Shown: piece after piece, positions 12,544 to 24,685 of the stretch
Position numbering within the stretch: the stretch's first letter is position 1
Layout of the letters: each line of letters opens with the position of its first letter
Notes under the pieces: generated by a model
Told to the model about the DNA's origin: nothing
Databases searched by the model: none
What the model saw: only the letters and a program-made list of their open reading frames with translations
Made by a program: the position numbers and the translations under genes
Source of the DNA: Epithemia pelagica
Taxonomy: Eukaryota > Protista > Bacillariophyta
Assembly (NCBI GenBank): GCA_946965045.2
Contig: OX337228.1
Location: 5,270,001 to 5,334,000, forward strand
Direction of reading: 5' to 3'
Length of the DNA: 64,000 nucleotides

Positions 12544-14701
12544 ATGGACATGGCTGGGCTACCTCCTTCCTCTCATTTACCCTCCCATGTGATGGCGTAC
12601 CCTTCTTTCGCACCAGTGGGGATTCGCGGTGATGCGTCACCAATACCAACAAACCCAACTGAAATGTTTGGAAACTACCCATTCAAGGATATTGCTTACC
12701 CTCATCCCCATGACGTGCTTTGTGGCAGGGGAGGAGCCACAAATAATCATAGTAAGTGCAACCAAGCGGGAAAAAGATTGCTCAACGTCTCAAAGGATTA
12801 TGCTCTTACTTGTCCCTTTGTGGTTTGTTCTCGTCTTAGTTGGAAATTCACACTGGCGACAATTGGTCTTTTCAAACAAAGAACTCTACCTGAAACTACC
12901 CAAAAACCAAAAACAACTACTTTCCAAATCAATTGTACATGCAATACGGAGTCAAAATCCTCCTGGAAGATTCTTGCAGAAAAACGCGGAAACCGATCTT
13001 TGGTACGATGTTGGAGACGTTCGCGCCCTTGAAAAAACCAGCCAGGCCCTTCGTGAGGGTGCCCCAAAACTAAAGGCTAAACTTAATGCGCCTCCGAAAA
13101 AGAGCACAGATGATTCTAAGAATGGACAGTCGGCGGAAAGGACTGGGGGAGTTGTTGGCACTTCATCCCAGGAGCAGGGACATAGTCAACAAAACAATTC
13201 ATCGGCTCTTCCTACCACCACGCTCGAGCCTCAAGGATTGCCAAAGAAAACTACTTTGGCCGAACAAACCACAGCAGGTAGCAATGGTTGTTCTATTAGA
13301 GGAGCAAGCCTTGGAAATAGTGTGGCGACTGGCACGACCACAAAGATTGAAAATAGCGCTCGAATACAACCGAACATGGCACAGCAGCAACAAATTCATC
13401 CATTGCAACATGGGCAAGCGCCTCCTACCATCTCCACGTTCCACAGCTCAACTCATGAGGTGTTTGTTCACCCGATTGTCTTACCACCTCAAATTCCACC
13501 GCAAGGTCCGGTTCCGGAACGGAAGAAGAAGAAAACCCCCATCTATTCGAAAGATGCATCTCATATTTCTCCGGCCCACAACAATTTGCTGTCAGATGAT
13601 CGACGACAGCATCATCTTTCAGGTCCACCTGCAGAAAACCACAACGATGACCAGCAACTGCAATCGTTCTCAAATACCGATATGCCAGCTCCACCGGACG
13701 GCGGCTTAGCAGAACATCAGGGCTTTTCTTTCGGAACGGTGATGAGTGTTGAGACTCAAAATTTTGCTATCGAGCCTCCAACACCAATACAGCCGAATGA
13801 ATTCAGCCTCGGCTCGCTTGTTTTAACGGATCAAGAAGTCACACGGCTAGCTTCGGCTGAAGAAGGAAAACCTGTTGAAGAACAGGTTCCTGATGAGCCA
13901 CATGTACGATTCCAGGCCCAGAATGAACCACGGGAAAACACGAACTACGAGCAGAGTATGCCTGCACCTGTAGATCTGGGCTTAGAACCTGCAGGTCTCT
14001 CGGCTGGTTCAATGATGAGCTGCGGTACCATCGCCAGTGCAATTAATAAATTGGAAAATGGAGGGCTTTCGTTTGGATCTGTGATGAGCTTCTCCACCTC
14101 TAATGTTGGGACCGAGGTACCCTCGGCAGTTGATGGTGGACTTGAGGAAATCGGTGCATCTTTTGGTTCCATGACGATTGGGGCAGATGGATTCACAAAG
14201 CACGCGCCTACGGGAGCTTTGCCAACAACCACACCAGGACCGACGTTGGCAACAAACGCAATATCGAGAATAGGGTCGGCTCAAAATCGATCTAAGGGGA
14301 GTCTATTAGAATGCAGTGATACGGAATCAGAGGATGAAGATACCAGTGGCAAGAGCAGTGCACAAAAATCTGCAGAATGGGAAAAACTAAAGGCAACGTT
14401 TCAAGATCAAGTTCAAAATGGGTTCGCCTCAGCCCCTCCCTCTCTTGTAACCGGAATAAGCCTAACTTCTCGACAGGCATCCTTATCCCGTCCAGCCACC
14501 CTGAATATTCCCACAGCAAATTTAGGACGAGACGTGTCAGCGATGTCCGCTATGAGTGGTGGGGGAGGTAACGACGAAAATGACCTTTTTCTCTCTCATA
14601 ACCAATATTACCCTCATGGGAACGAGCACCTAGTGCAACCGCCTCCACCACCGAGTTTGCCACAAGGAAACGGCAGTTGGAAAGAATACGACGCGGCCTA
14701 G
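12544..14701 (+). CDS. DUF6824-domain protein (diatom-expanded family); intron 12752-12839
   Basis: Splicing gives HDVLCGRGGATNNHIGNSHWRQLV...PPGRFL...WYDVGDVRALEKTSQALRE. Confidence 0.85.
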
Positions 14702-14934
14702 TTGAATCGGGGAAGTTCAATAGCCGTTGGAGATTTCGATGTGCTCTGCAACGCAAAGTGTACGGAAGAAGATGCGCAGGATTAGATTTTGATTCACCTT
14801 CGCTGAATTGCTTTGATTTAGTATCTACCTAGCATCATACGAATTATGTTTGTTAGGAAAATTGCCACTTCCTTGATGAAAACAAAGTGAAGGGCGAATG
14901 GCTCGTTTAACGACAAGAACGGCTCCAAGGATTA

Positions 14935-17613
14935 CTAATACGTATTTGCTCGTGAAACAGCAGGTTTCGGTTCCTCTCTATCTTCCTTGAAACCGGAGCT
15001 AACCGCATCAAGAAGCTGGTCAACCTTGTCGTCGGGTAATAAGAAAGTATCAGCAAGCACTTGTTGCGTGCTGTTGACCATCTGATTTGCTCCTTCGGTC
15101 ATATGGGAGCTGATTGCATTTAGATCTTCCTGCATTTTACCCATATACGTGACCCAGCCAGAAAAGAATCCCTGATCAGTTTGACTAACAGGAACCTTCC
15201 GCGATGGTGGCCCAGCAGTGCAAGCATCACAACCAGCGCCTGAATGCTTCATCAGGAAGCTCGTTTCCTCGGACAATGCAGTGACTTCAGCTTGATCGGC
15301 TGCGTCGTTCCCGCTTCTGTTACATGTGGAGCATTTGGGATCAAGGATTCCTGTATCAATAGACGTATCTGGTTGAAACGTTTCATAGGTACTTTTGGAA
15401 CGTGGATGAGAACTTGGAGAGGGAGCGCCAGTTACGACAACCCTATTTTTTCTCCCGTGTTGAAGACCAGAAAACCCAGGTTGCTCAAGTTCCTTATCGA
15501 AAACAGTTTCCTGCACAAAAGAAATATCAGCAAACGGATCAAAAGCGTCTTCAAACTCTCGAGATTTAAGCTTCTGCGCTGATGTTATGATTGGTGGTTG
15601 TACAGGAAGCCATGCGTCATCGTCAAGTGCCTTGAACTCCTGTTGAGGATGTGAAGATCGTGATCTATGTCGTTTCCCAGGCTTCTCTGGTATATTTATT
15701 GATGGGAGTGGCTTCGTAAGGCTGCTAAAAAGAAGCTCGGCGACTCTATCGTCAGATGTGCCTTGATCAGCAGCAGAAATAAGTGATCTTTCATGATTGC
15801 CCAGACTCTCGCGCGGTATCTCTCTAGGATTATCATGCTGCTTTGATTCCACGAATGGAACCGACAGGGTCTGTCTATCGTCACTATCAGTTCGTTCCTT
15901 TTCGGAAACTGTCGTTGACCCCACGGAGATGCCCTCGGCCGACGGAGACGGGCTCAAGGAATCAACAGCCTTGTTCGAAGATTTTTGTGGTTGCCTTGAT
16001 TTGCCCTTTATGATTCCACTCAAGCTGGCTTCAAGACCATCAAGAGATGCATCGATGTCATTGAGAAAGGTATCCATGAACGTGTTCTCAAGTTCTCGGC
16101 GTTCCGTCAATGCCTTTGAACTGACGGGATCTCCGATCGTCTGCGACTTTTTTCGGTCAGCGCAAATATGTCGTTGGGACGCTTTTTCGCTTTCCAGAGA
16201 GTCGTCTTCTGAAAAGTCACTCTGCAAGGACTGCTCTTCGTCTTCGTGTTCACATGGATCAGGGCGAAAAATTAGTTCTTCAACTTCTTCCGACCATTGT
16301 ACGCTTCTGGCAGCTGATGAAGGATTCCTCAACCCAAGGCTCCTGACTCTGGGGCGCAAGATCGGCTCTGGAGCGACCTCCACCGAGCTCTCCACATGTG
16401 CAACCTCGCAATCCATGTCTACCGTTCCCTCTTCTGAAGTGCTCTGATTCACCCTTGCCTGGTCCTCCTCGAGTGGGATATCTACGGTGTGCCCCCAACC
16501 ATGAGTGTCATAGGACGCTTTCCAATCTGGTCGGCTGACAATCTCAAAAGCAAGAGTAACTGCATGAAACGTGGCTTTGGCATTCGCTGAAGTTCTTTTG
16601 TCTTGCCCCTCAGCCTCGGCGAGCACTTGCCGTCCTCTCCGAAAGAACGCAACCCTGATTTGGCTATCAGTGGCATTCCTAGAATCGACTAACAAAACAT
16701 CACGATACAAATCACAACCCTCACCGAAGACTTTCTGAATTGTTGCCGCATGGAGCGCTGGAATAGGGGTCACTGGCACATCATCATCATGTCTTGCAAA
16801 AGGCCGAGTGGTAATCGGTATTCGTTGTTGTGGAGTATCTCGTTTCTCAAACACACGGACGGTCACACTAAACGGACTACTCTCTTCAGATTGAGGATCT
16901 CGTCTTCGAGGCTCAGGTGAAACAACTCGTGACGCGTTCAATTGATTCGAGGATGCCTGTTCTGGTGATCTCCTCCTTTCAACATGGTTGTCTTCGATTA
17001 GCTCTGCAGTCAAAGGTCTTGGCCTCCATGAGGAAGATTCAGAACCAGTTGTATTTTCTGAAGAATGTATCGTGTCACCCAGGTTCAAGGGAGTGTCCGG
17101 CGTAAAGCCCCGGGGCTTATCGAGGCTTTCCTCCATCGACGCTGCGCTTGGTGGCCACGGTTGCTCCTCCTCGAAAACTACATTATTTGAAACAGCATCT
17201 GAGATGAAAGGATCGATTGTCTCCAGTTTGTGATCAATCGCGTCAGGTGAAACCCTCACGCTTACTTCAGGAGATACTGGCCGACTGGAATCATTCCAAG
17301 TTGTACTCGTTGCCTCAGAGGGGAAAACAATAGCTTTCGAATCCACTGGAAAAGCTGAATCAATGTCAATTCCACGAGATCTATCCTCCAACGCGTCCCG
17401 AGAATCATGGTGATTGCCATTTTCGTGACTAGTGGTGTTCCAGTCAAACGGAGGCCGAGGGGCGTTGGAATTTGTTGTTTCCATTCCACTGAACCTATTG
17501 CGGCCGACTTCAACTCTTTTCCTCATACCTCTTTGTGAAGCAATCGATTCCGTGTGAACCTTAGACTTGCGAGTTGTAGGGCGCGGACGGGAACCGTAAT
17601 GTGGGTTCGTCAT
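14935..17613 (-). CDS. 892-aa largely disordered protein with a J-domain-like segment lacking HPD
   Basis: Long ORF. DLYRDVLLVDSRNATDSQIRVAF...FHAVTLAFEIVSRPDWKASYD follows the J-domain helix pattern. Confidence 0.75.
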   Translation of the reverse strand: MTNPHYGSRPRPTTRKSKVHTESIASQRGMRKRVEVGRNRFSGMETTNSNAPRPPFDWNTTSHENGNHHDSRDALEDRSRGIDIDSAFPVDSKAIVFPSEATSTTWNDSSRPVSPEVSVRVSPDAIDHKLETIDPFISDAVSNNVVFEEEQPWPPSAASMEESLDKPRGFTPDTPLNLGDTIHSSENTTGSESSSWRPRPLTAELIEDNHVERRRSPEQASSNQLNASRVVSPEPRRRDPQSEESSPFSVTVRVFEKRDTPQQRIPITTRPFARHDDDVPVTPIPALHAATIQKVFGEGCDLYRDVLLVDSRNATDSQIRVAFFRRGRQVLAEAEGQDKRTSANAKATFHAVTLAFEIVSRPDWKASYDTHGWGHTVDIPLEEDQARVNQSTSEEGTVDMDCEVAHVESSVEVAPEPILRPRVRSLGLRNPSSAARSVQWSEEVEELIFRPDPCEHEDEEQSLQSDFSEDDSLESEKASQRHICADRKKSQTIGDPVSSKALTERRELENTFMDTFLNDIDASLDGLEASLSGIIKGKSRQPQKSSNKAVDSLSPSPSAEGISVGSTTVSEKERTDSDDRQTLSVPFVESKQHDNPREIPRESLGNHERSLISAADQGTSDDRVAELLFSSLTKPLPSINIPEKPGKRHRSRSSHPQQEFKALDDDAWLPVQPPIITSAQKLKSREFEDAFDPFADISFVQETVFDKELEQPGFSGLQHGRKNRVVVTGAPSPSSHPRSKSTYETFQPDTSIDTGILDPKCSTCNRSGNDAADQAEVTALSEETSFLMKHSGAGCDACTAGPPSRKVPVSQTDQGFFSGWVTYMGKMQEDLNAISSHMTEGANQMVNSTQQVLADTFLLPDDKVDQLLDAVSSGFKEDREEPKPAVSRANTY

Positions 17614-18623
17614 CGTTCAAAAGGGATCTAATGGGACGAGACAACTGTTGACCAGATTTTTATCTTCTCTTTTGGGAGAATTTGCAACTCCGTATTGTTT
17701 GTGTAAGTGTGTAACTGGTTCACGGTTCACGGCTCACTTCATGGGATATGGCTTCGACTCCTGAGCATGTAGGACAGCAATTATGTGCAAGGAGCAGCTT
17801 TGTGATGATTGCGCAGCTTGCGCTCGGCAAAAATTATGTAATGTATGCCGACCAACCGCATCCAACCGTCGATAAGGAAATATGCCCCTTTGGACGGGTG
17901 CACTTCAACGGATATCCGTTCTCGAGCTCGCCATGCAGCAGTGCAGTGTGGGAAAGATATTGCCGACCTTTGGTACAGATTCCTAGACTGTAAAAGATGC
18001 GCCTTCCACAAGACCCAACATCCAACGTTCGTCCGTCTGTGTGACACTGCGCACAATGGTGACGGAGCACGCTCCGCACAACTGACACACCGTCAATAGT
18101 CAATTTCAGCTTCCCCGTGGGGTGAGCGATAACCGATAACACGTCTATTTGACACTTCTTACTCTTTTACCTTCTACACACCATCCTTGTCCCACTTCCT
18201 TGTGAAGTGTCGAAACATAACTCACCATGGTGCGCCTTTGATTTTCTGATTTACTCCTGTGGCTTTGGGTGTCTTATCAAGGTCGGTACTGCTTGACCTT
18301 GACCCTCAATGAATGAGAAAACGCAACATATTACTCCTTCGCCCCAAACCTCGCACTCCACCTTTTGCCTCTAGATGCCCAACAGGGTGTCAGAGAGAGC
18401 CGCATTCAACGTACATTCAGCTCTAGCTACCTATGTCATGACACTTTGCTCCTCCGCTCTACTGTTCTTATGAACCTTCCCAGGTAGTCACTTATCGAGG
18501 GAGATTCCATGAGAATGATCAATTTGTCTACTAAATTCACCCAACCCACATATGGCACAATGTCGAACTACCCAACCTGAACACATCGGCAGTAGGCGAA
18601 ATGTGACTGAAAATAAGTAATGA

Positions 18624-19259
18624 TTAAAAGTCGACCCCTCTCCTACTCGATTTCTTTGCGCCGTGCCGTCTCTTCTCCTCTAAGATTCTCTGCTTCGTTT
18701 CTTTCGAAATAGTCTTCTTCTTTCGTATTTTAGGGCGTGGCCATGCCTCCAAAACCATTTCTCGGAGCTTATCGATGGCCGCCTTTCGATTCTGTACTTG
18801 TGTGCGATGTTCTTGCGAACGTAAGACAAGTTCGTTTTCCTTGTTAATTCGGTTACTTTGTTGTTCTTTCAGGCGCGATCGAACTTCATCTGGTATCCAA
18901 CTACCACATGTCTTAAAGTCCAGCTTCAACTTGATTTGAACCTGAGTGTTAACTTTGTTGACATTTTGACCGCCTGCACCAGAGCTGCGAACAAACGAAA
19001 TTTCCAACAGATCTTCCGGAATGGAGACGGTGTGTGGAACTTTCCAGTCGTCATCATCTGTTGTAAAACCTCTAGCAAAAAGTGGTTTGGTGGGGGCTGT
19101 CCTGGTTGGAAGCATACCTTGAAACGACTTTGATGAGAACAACACGTTCGCATTTCGTCGGTGCAATATTGCGGATCGATTCGAAAGTGAAGCATGTCTT
19201 GACACAGTCCATGAGGAAACCATACGAAGGGCCAACATGGCGAAGAACGTCTTACGCAT
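18624..19259 (-). CDS. Ribosome-rescue peptidyl-tRNA hydrolase ICT1/ArfB(YaeJ), organelle-targeted (probably plastid)
   Basis: FVRSSGAGGQNVNKVNT (GGQ motif), SQEHRTQVQNRKAA and a basic C-tail; N-terminal signal-like stretch ending VSS-W. Confidence 0.9.
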   Translation of the reverse strand: MRKTFFAMLALRMVSSWTVSRHASLSNRSAILHRRNANVLFSSKSFQGMLPTRTAPTKPLFARGFTTDDDDWKVPHTVSIPEDLLEISFVRSSGAGGQNVNKVNTQVQIKLKLDFKTCGSWIPDEVRSRLKEQQSNRINKENELVLRSQEHRTQVQNRKAAIDKLREMVLEAWPRPKIRKKKTISKETKQRILEEKRRHGAKKSSRRGVDF

Positions 19260-19523
19260 GAGCTATGCGACGTTGCTTTCTTCGCCCTTTTCAACAAGGC
19301 TCAGTTGTCTCTTCTGCTTTGTTGAAATGAGGTTGTTATTCTTGATTGAGGCCCTTCACCATTCACCATGCATTTTTTATGCGACTGGTGGATTATTTTC
19401 TGATTGTGTCTTGTGTGATTCAAAAGCCACGTCATCGACCATGACCATTGACCATATCCCATATCCATCCTCAAACATATACCAATCACATCCTATCAAT
19501 AATCGTAATAGTCTTGGTAGAAA

Positions 19524-20511
19524 ATGAAGTTCCAACAAACTGTTGTTACAATGGCTCTGGCCGTTTATCCGGCCCTCTCTTTTTCAGTCCTCCCCAAAGT
19601 CGGACGAAGCAATTTGCTGGCTGGAGGATCTCCCTCGTCGAAGATTCTGCAGCCACGGCATCGACAGACTGGAATCAACATGATTCTTGGAAATTTGTTT
19701 GGCGGCGGTGGAGCATTTGGCCAAACTATCGACTATACAGCTTTAGATTTCCCTGGTAATGAGCTTGGAGAGGCTGCGGCAAGCGGCTCAGTGATTGTCA
19801 ACTCTGTGAAGAAGCCCAACCTGGTGGCTGCCACTTTTGCTGGTGGATGCTTGTACGTTTGGTTTATTTGAAAAGTGATGTTGTTGCCTCCTGGCATAAT
19901 ATGGCGGTCTAACTTTTGACTTTTAATGTTCTTTTCAGTTGGGGACTAGAATTGGCATATCAACGAGTACCAGGAGTGGAGTACACCGCCGTGGGATACA
20001 GTCAGGGACCCGAAGAATCTCGTAAGTGAGAACTGGGAACACAGTGATGGAGACAAGATTTTGGCTCCTGTGACAACGTGACTAACCCCTCCTTTGTTTT
20101 TCAATTGTCACTTTCTCAGCAACATATGGACAAGTTTGCAGTGGTGTTACAGGGCATACTGAGGCCGTCATTGTCTACTACAATCCTGAGGAATGCAAGT
20201 ACGAGGACCTTTTGGATACATTCTTTGCACGCGTTGACCCGACCACTGTTAACGGCCAAGGCAATGACTTTGGAACCCAGTACCGAACAGGAGTCTACTT
20301 CCACACTCCTGAACAAGAAGCAGCAGCAAAGGAGCGCTTTGAGCTCGAACAAAAGAAGTTCAATCGCCCGATTGCCTCAGAGCTCAAGGCAGCGACACCG
20401 TTCTGGCCTGCCGAAAAGTACCATCAACAATACTTGGAGAAGGGTGGCCGATTCGGAACACCTCAAGATGCCTCCAAAGGTGCCACCGACACAATTCGCT
20501 GTTACGGATAA
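19524..20511 (+). CDS. msrA: Peptide methionine sulfoxide reductase A, plastid-targeted; introns 19853-19938 and 20022-20119
   Basis: Spliced GGCFWG, GHTEAV, QGNDFGTQYRTG, AEKYHQQY and a C-terminal RCYG; signal peptide ending ALS-F. Confidence 0.95.
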
Positions 20512-20700
20512 GGTAATACAAAGATAATCCTCATTACTTGCGAGTGATACCTGTCTTCTATCACTATCGATAGTTGCTTGTTGCAAGTTATAGTAGGACT
20601 TGTGATATAAAAAGGTAGAATATCTAGGTACAGATGGACGCGACACAACACATCCGGATCTTACTACAATTTCATTCACTGCCTCGTTTGTTGTGTCCCT

Positions 20701-21876
20701 TTACTTTTTCGGGAAAAGCACTTCTTCAAACTGTTTCCACAAAATGCTGAACAAGATTCCTTGCATGCCGTTGGCGAGGATCTTCGTTTCCAACCCACGG
20801 AACATCAAACCTTGGACACCAGACTCTTTCAAAACATTTCGCAAGACCTGTACATATGTCAATTGTTCAGGGTGTGATTGCTTGTAAACCTTAAGCACAC
20901 GAATAGAGTTGGAGCATGTATCGGAGACAGCAGAGGCACAGAAACCAATAATGGCACGACGACCCAATTCCTTCACTTTCGTATCCTGTTTGGGGATTTG
21001 TTCTGACAGAAAGTTGTACGTAGCGAACCACCTTTCCACACCCGGCGAATAGAGGCAAGAATGGGTAAGAGTCCACTGCAACGAGGAAGCACATACGACC
21101 AAGATGCCCACCTCTTCCGAAGATCAGTGGACTGATGATAACTTTACTTACGGATAGTGTCCAACAAAGGTGGCCGACGCAGCAGCAATGGCTCCATTGT
21201 AAAGGGTCAATGGTCCTCCCAATTTGATTTTGTCCACGACGGCAGAGAATTTTCCTGTTACTTGCATGGTGGTTTTCACAGTGTCAATTGGCATAAGCAC
21301 AATGCGGAAGAGTGCAGCGGCAACACTGGCGGTAGCAGTTTTCAAACCAACATTCAAATTCTTGGTTGACTCCATACTGTTCAAGGCCGTCAGCATACCC
21401 GTGTTGGCAGCTGTGTCACCAAAACGACTGAGCGGACCTTGCAACAAAGCAGGAAGCACACCCTAGAAGACAAAATGCGTCGAAACATTAAGTGAGAACA
21501 TTGTGAAAGTCTCAGGCAAACAAGGAAGTAAACTCACCCTGTAGAACCGAGTGATACCACCATCTGCGTAAATTGCTCGCAAAGCCACTGGGAAAGTAGT
21601 GCCATTTCGATATTGGTAGTTGACCTGCCATGGGTATTTGCAAAGGCACAGATGCAAAGTGTCAGAGAACGAACTGGTTCATGCGAAGACATCCAATTCT
21701 CAATCGAAATGCAACCAACTTACTGTCGTACGCATCCACATGAGACAAGCAACGTTGGCTCCCATGGCGCAAGCACCGGCAATTCCGCCACGGAAAGCAC
21801 TCTTGGATGCCTTGTCCACAATCTCACGAAATGTGAGCTCTTTCTCTTTGGGAACTCCAACAGATGCCGTTGCCAT
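20701..21876 (-). CDS. Mitochondrial-carrier-family (SLC25-like) protein; introns 21625-21723, 21463-21537 and 21032-21151
   Basis: Four exons splice in frame; PIDTVKTTMQV carrier signature, three-repeat layout, FYRGVLPALLQ. Confidence 0.85.
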
Positions 21877-22240
21877 GGTTGTAAAAAGGATATCGGATGA
21901 GAAGGATAATGTATGTATCAACAGATGATCGACCAGCAAGGATGGTGGTCGCTGTGTCTCGTGGTGACGCGGGAAATGATCTCTGGCCGAGCAATCTCTA
22001 CTCTCCCATGCGTCCGTCCACGGTGGTCTTCGTCTTTTATGTCTCGTCGAAGGGGGCAAACCATGATTTCACTTTTCCAATATCTGATTTTCTTGGAACG
22101 TCGCCTTGTCGTACGACATAGACGTCACTCGCGCAGAACATTGGTCAGTCGCATGGGGCACAACAAATATATACTCTAACGGTAATTATGTAAATATATT
22201 TAATAATAATAAATGAATCAGCGACATTCACCGCTTAGGA

Positions 22241-24523
22241 TTGGATGGGCGGAAATGTGGCATTCGCGACAGAGATGCGAATGAACTTATGGACCGAATC
22301 TTTCGTCCGAAGCCTTGCATCTGCGATGATGCTCAGGCAAACGCGTCCTTCACCATGGCGAACAGGATGGAACTCTTACTAGTTACATGCCTTCTTGTTG
22401 TTGTACCACAACAAGTTAGCATCGCTTGGATTTTCTCACACGTGTCCACTTCTCGAATCAAAAGAAGGGTTAGGTGGATGCAGCTGAGTGCAAAACGTAA
22501 TAAGAGGGCTCAATCAAAACAAGATGAAGCAGATTTGAATCGATGGTACGATAAAGTAGATTCAGATGCCTCACCTGACGACGTATTCTGGGAAGAAATG
22601 GAGCGACAACGCCTTCTGGCGAACGTCGGCGATAGCTCAAATGGAGGGCGGTCATCTGTTGACAATGGGAAAGCCATTGGCAGCCCCTATGCATCTACGA
22701 CTTCTGCGACCAACCCTACCTCGTCTCAGTCTCTGGCTAAGACGAATTCCTTATTGGCCGTTGCCGCCATGAATAGTCAAACCCAGCGATCAGCAGAAGC
22801 CACTCTTTCTGAATATGCCGCCTTTTCTTGCTCTGACAATTGGTTGGACGAGGAGTTGGCATGGATGATGAATGACGATAACATATATGATTTCAATCAG
22901 GACAATGAACACGTAAAGTCACTTGATGAACAGCTGGATGAATGGGAGGCTCTGGAAGACAGCGACGACGTACATGATGAGGACGATGCAGAGGTGAACG
23001 CGTGGATGCAGTCGGATGAGCCATGGGATCATTGGGGAGAAACACAAAACCAGCAACATAGTGGCACTTCTGATGAACCCCACTCAAGCCCTGGCGTGGA
23101 ATTCAACATTCGAGCAGATGTATTCAAGTTTCGGGACGATGACATGGAGGATGATGAAGAAATGCGTTTGGCCGAACAAGAAACGTTAGCTCGACTGAGT
23201 AAACTATCATTAAAGAGCGTGAGGCTGGAACGAGCCGAAAATAGCGCCAAAGCGAAGGCGTACTTTCAGCGGGAACCCGATTCTATTGAAGGGTACGATC
23301 GAATGTGGGTAGCAGCGATTGACAACGTTTGTTTCAAGAATTTGGTCGGTCTCTTTGGTAATTACGGTGTTCAATTTGCCGACAATTTTGGAGATTGGCA
23401 AGATGGTTCCATTGACGACAGCATGGCCAGTATTGAGGACATTGCCTTATTCAAAGCACAAAAAGTGTACAATGTTACGGGTCTTCCTTGTATCGCCTGC
23501 CGTACTTCCTTTGAGATTGAACCTGTCCCTACCAATCTGAACACTGGCGTTCCAGCTGGACGATCCGCCATTGCCAACGCAAATCCAAGAGTAGCGTCAG
23601 GATATCGCTTCAATGATATTGGAATGCATGTCGATTATATTTGCGATGCCCTTCGGCCGCTATCAGAACCACACCGTGTGACGCGCTTTCGAACTTGTTT
23701 GTGCTTCTATGATGGAGAGATGGAACTCTTTGATTACGGTACTTGTGACGTTGATTTATACTTTGCCAATTCACTACGAACATTCATTCCAGTATCTCAA
23801 GCAATCAATGAACTGTTGCAAAAGCTATGCTTTACATATGGCTTGGAATACCAGCAATGGCTAAAAACACGCGTCAATCAAGGTATTACCGGCGGCGGCA
23901 TTGGTTCAGCCAGCGTGAAGCTACGTGACCGAGTCTTGAAGGAAGGCCGAGTGTTGCCCAACGATATCATTGACGTTTCCGCCTTTATGGATTCCCAGGT
24001 AGATCCCAATCTTATGGATTTTTGCGCGGAAGAGTTGGCAAACCGATTCATCAACCAAAAGCCATCCAAAATATTGACAGTGGCCACCACGGGTCTCGTC
24101 ATTGCACTTCCAATGGCCAAGTACCTACAGGTTCCTGTGGTATATGCCAGAAAAGAGCGAAATGTAGTCATGGCCGACACTTTCAAGGCTGGATACAGCA
24201 GTAAAACTGTAGGATTAAACCGGGAACTCTTGGTTTCCAAGTCTCATCTGGACGAAGATGATCGCATACTGATTGTGGACGACTTTCTTTCCAGTGGATC
24301 TTCGCAGGTTGCCCTGATGCGTATCGTTTCCGAGTCAGGCGCCACTGCTGTCGGCGTTGCAGTGCTGTTGGAAAAAGTGTACGATTCTGGTCGACAATCA
24401 TTGTCAGGATTTGACGTCCCAATTCACAGCCTTTGTCGAATTGCCTCAGTCTCAAATGGAGTGATTCAATTGGAAGAAGAGGACGGATATGATCGAATGC
24501 AAAAACAATCAAACGACAGGTGA
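22241..24523 (+). CDS. Plastid-targeted fusion: acidic region + degenerate Ham1/ITPase-like domain + bacterial-type xanthine phosphoribosyltransferase
   Basis: C-terminal Xpt: IIDVSAFMDSQVDP, VVYARK, ILIVDDFLSSG (PRPP loop). Signal peptide MELLLVTCLL...SIA-W, so the likely start is downstream of 22241. Confidence 0.85.
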   Translation: MDGRKCGIRDRDANELMDRIFRPKPCICDDAQANASFTMANRMELLLVTCLLVVVPQQVSIAWIFSHVSTSRIKRRVRWMQLSAKRNKRAQSKQDEADLNRWYDKVDSDASPDDVFWEEMERQRLLANVGDSSNGGRSSVDNGKAIGSPYASTTSATNPTSSQSLAKTNSLLAVAAMNSQTQRSAEATLSEYAAFSCSDNWLDEELAWMMNDDNIYDFNQDNEHVKSLDEQLDEWEALEDSDDVHDEDDAEVNAWMQSDEPWDHWGETQNQQHSGTSDEPHSSPGVEFNIRADVFKFRDDDMEDDEEMRLAEQETLARLSKLSLKSVRLERAENSAKAKAYFQREPDSIEGYDRMWVAAIDNVCFKNLVGLFGNYGVQFADNFGDWQDGSIDDSMASIEDIALFKAQKVYNVTGLPCIACRTSFEIEPVPTNLNTGVPAGRSAIANANPRVASGYRFNDIGMHVDYICDALRPLSEPHRVTRFRTCLCFYDGEMELFDYGTCDVDLYFANSLRTFIPVSQAINELLQKLCFTYGLEYQQWLKTRVNQGITGGGIGSASVKLRDRVLKEGRVLPNDIIDVSAFMDSQVDPNLMDFCAEELANRFINQKPSKILTVATTGLVIALPMAKYLQVPVVYARKERNVVMADTFKAGYSSKTVGLNRELLVSKSHLDEDDRILIVDDFLSSGSSQVALMRIVSESGATAVGVAVLLEKVYDSGRQSLSGFDVPIHSLCRIASVSNGVIQLEEEDGYDRMQKQSNDR

Positions 24524-24685
24524 CCCACCACTCGTGTGCAAGTTTAGCAGTATAGAAACTTTATATTGGCTAATTACAATAAAGGAATGACGCTATGATG
24601 AAGACGATCTAGATTAAGGAGAGAAAGATTTCATGTGCGCGTTAACCATGTTCCAAATGACACAGCCGGCCTTCCGCGACAATAA

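Noticed and set aside
17748-18230. Cys-rich short ORFs and an apparent minus-strand GT-AG intron (about 18145-18225)
   Set aside because: No splice phase yields an ATG-initiated ORF of useful length; cannot distinguish lncRNA from noise.
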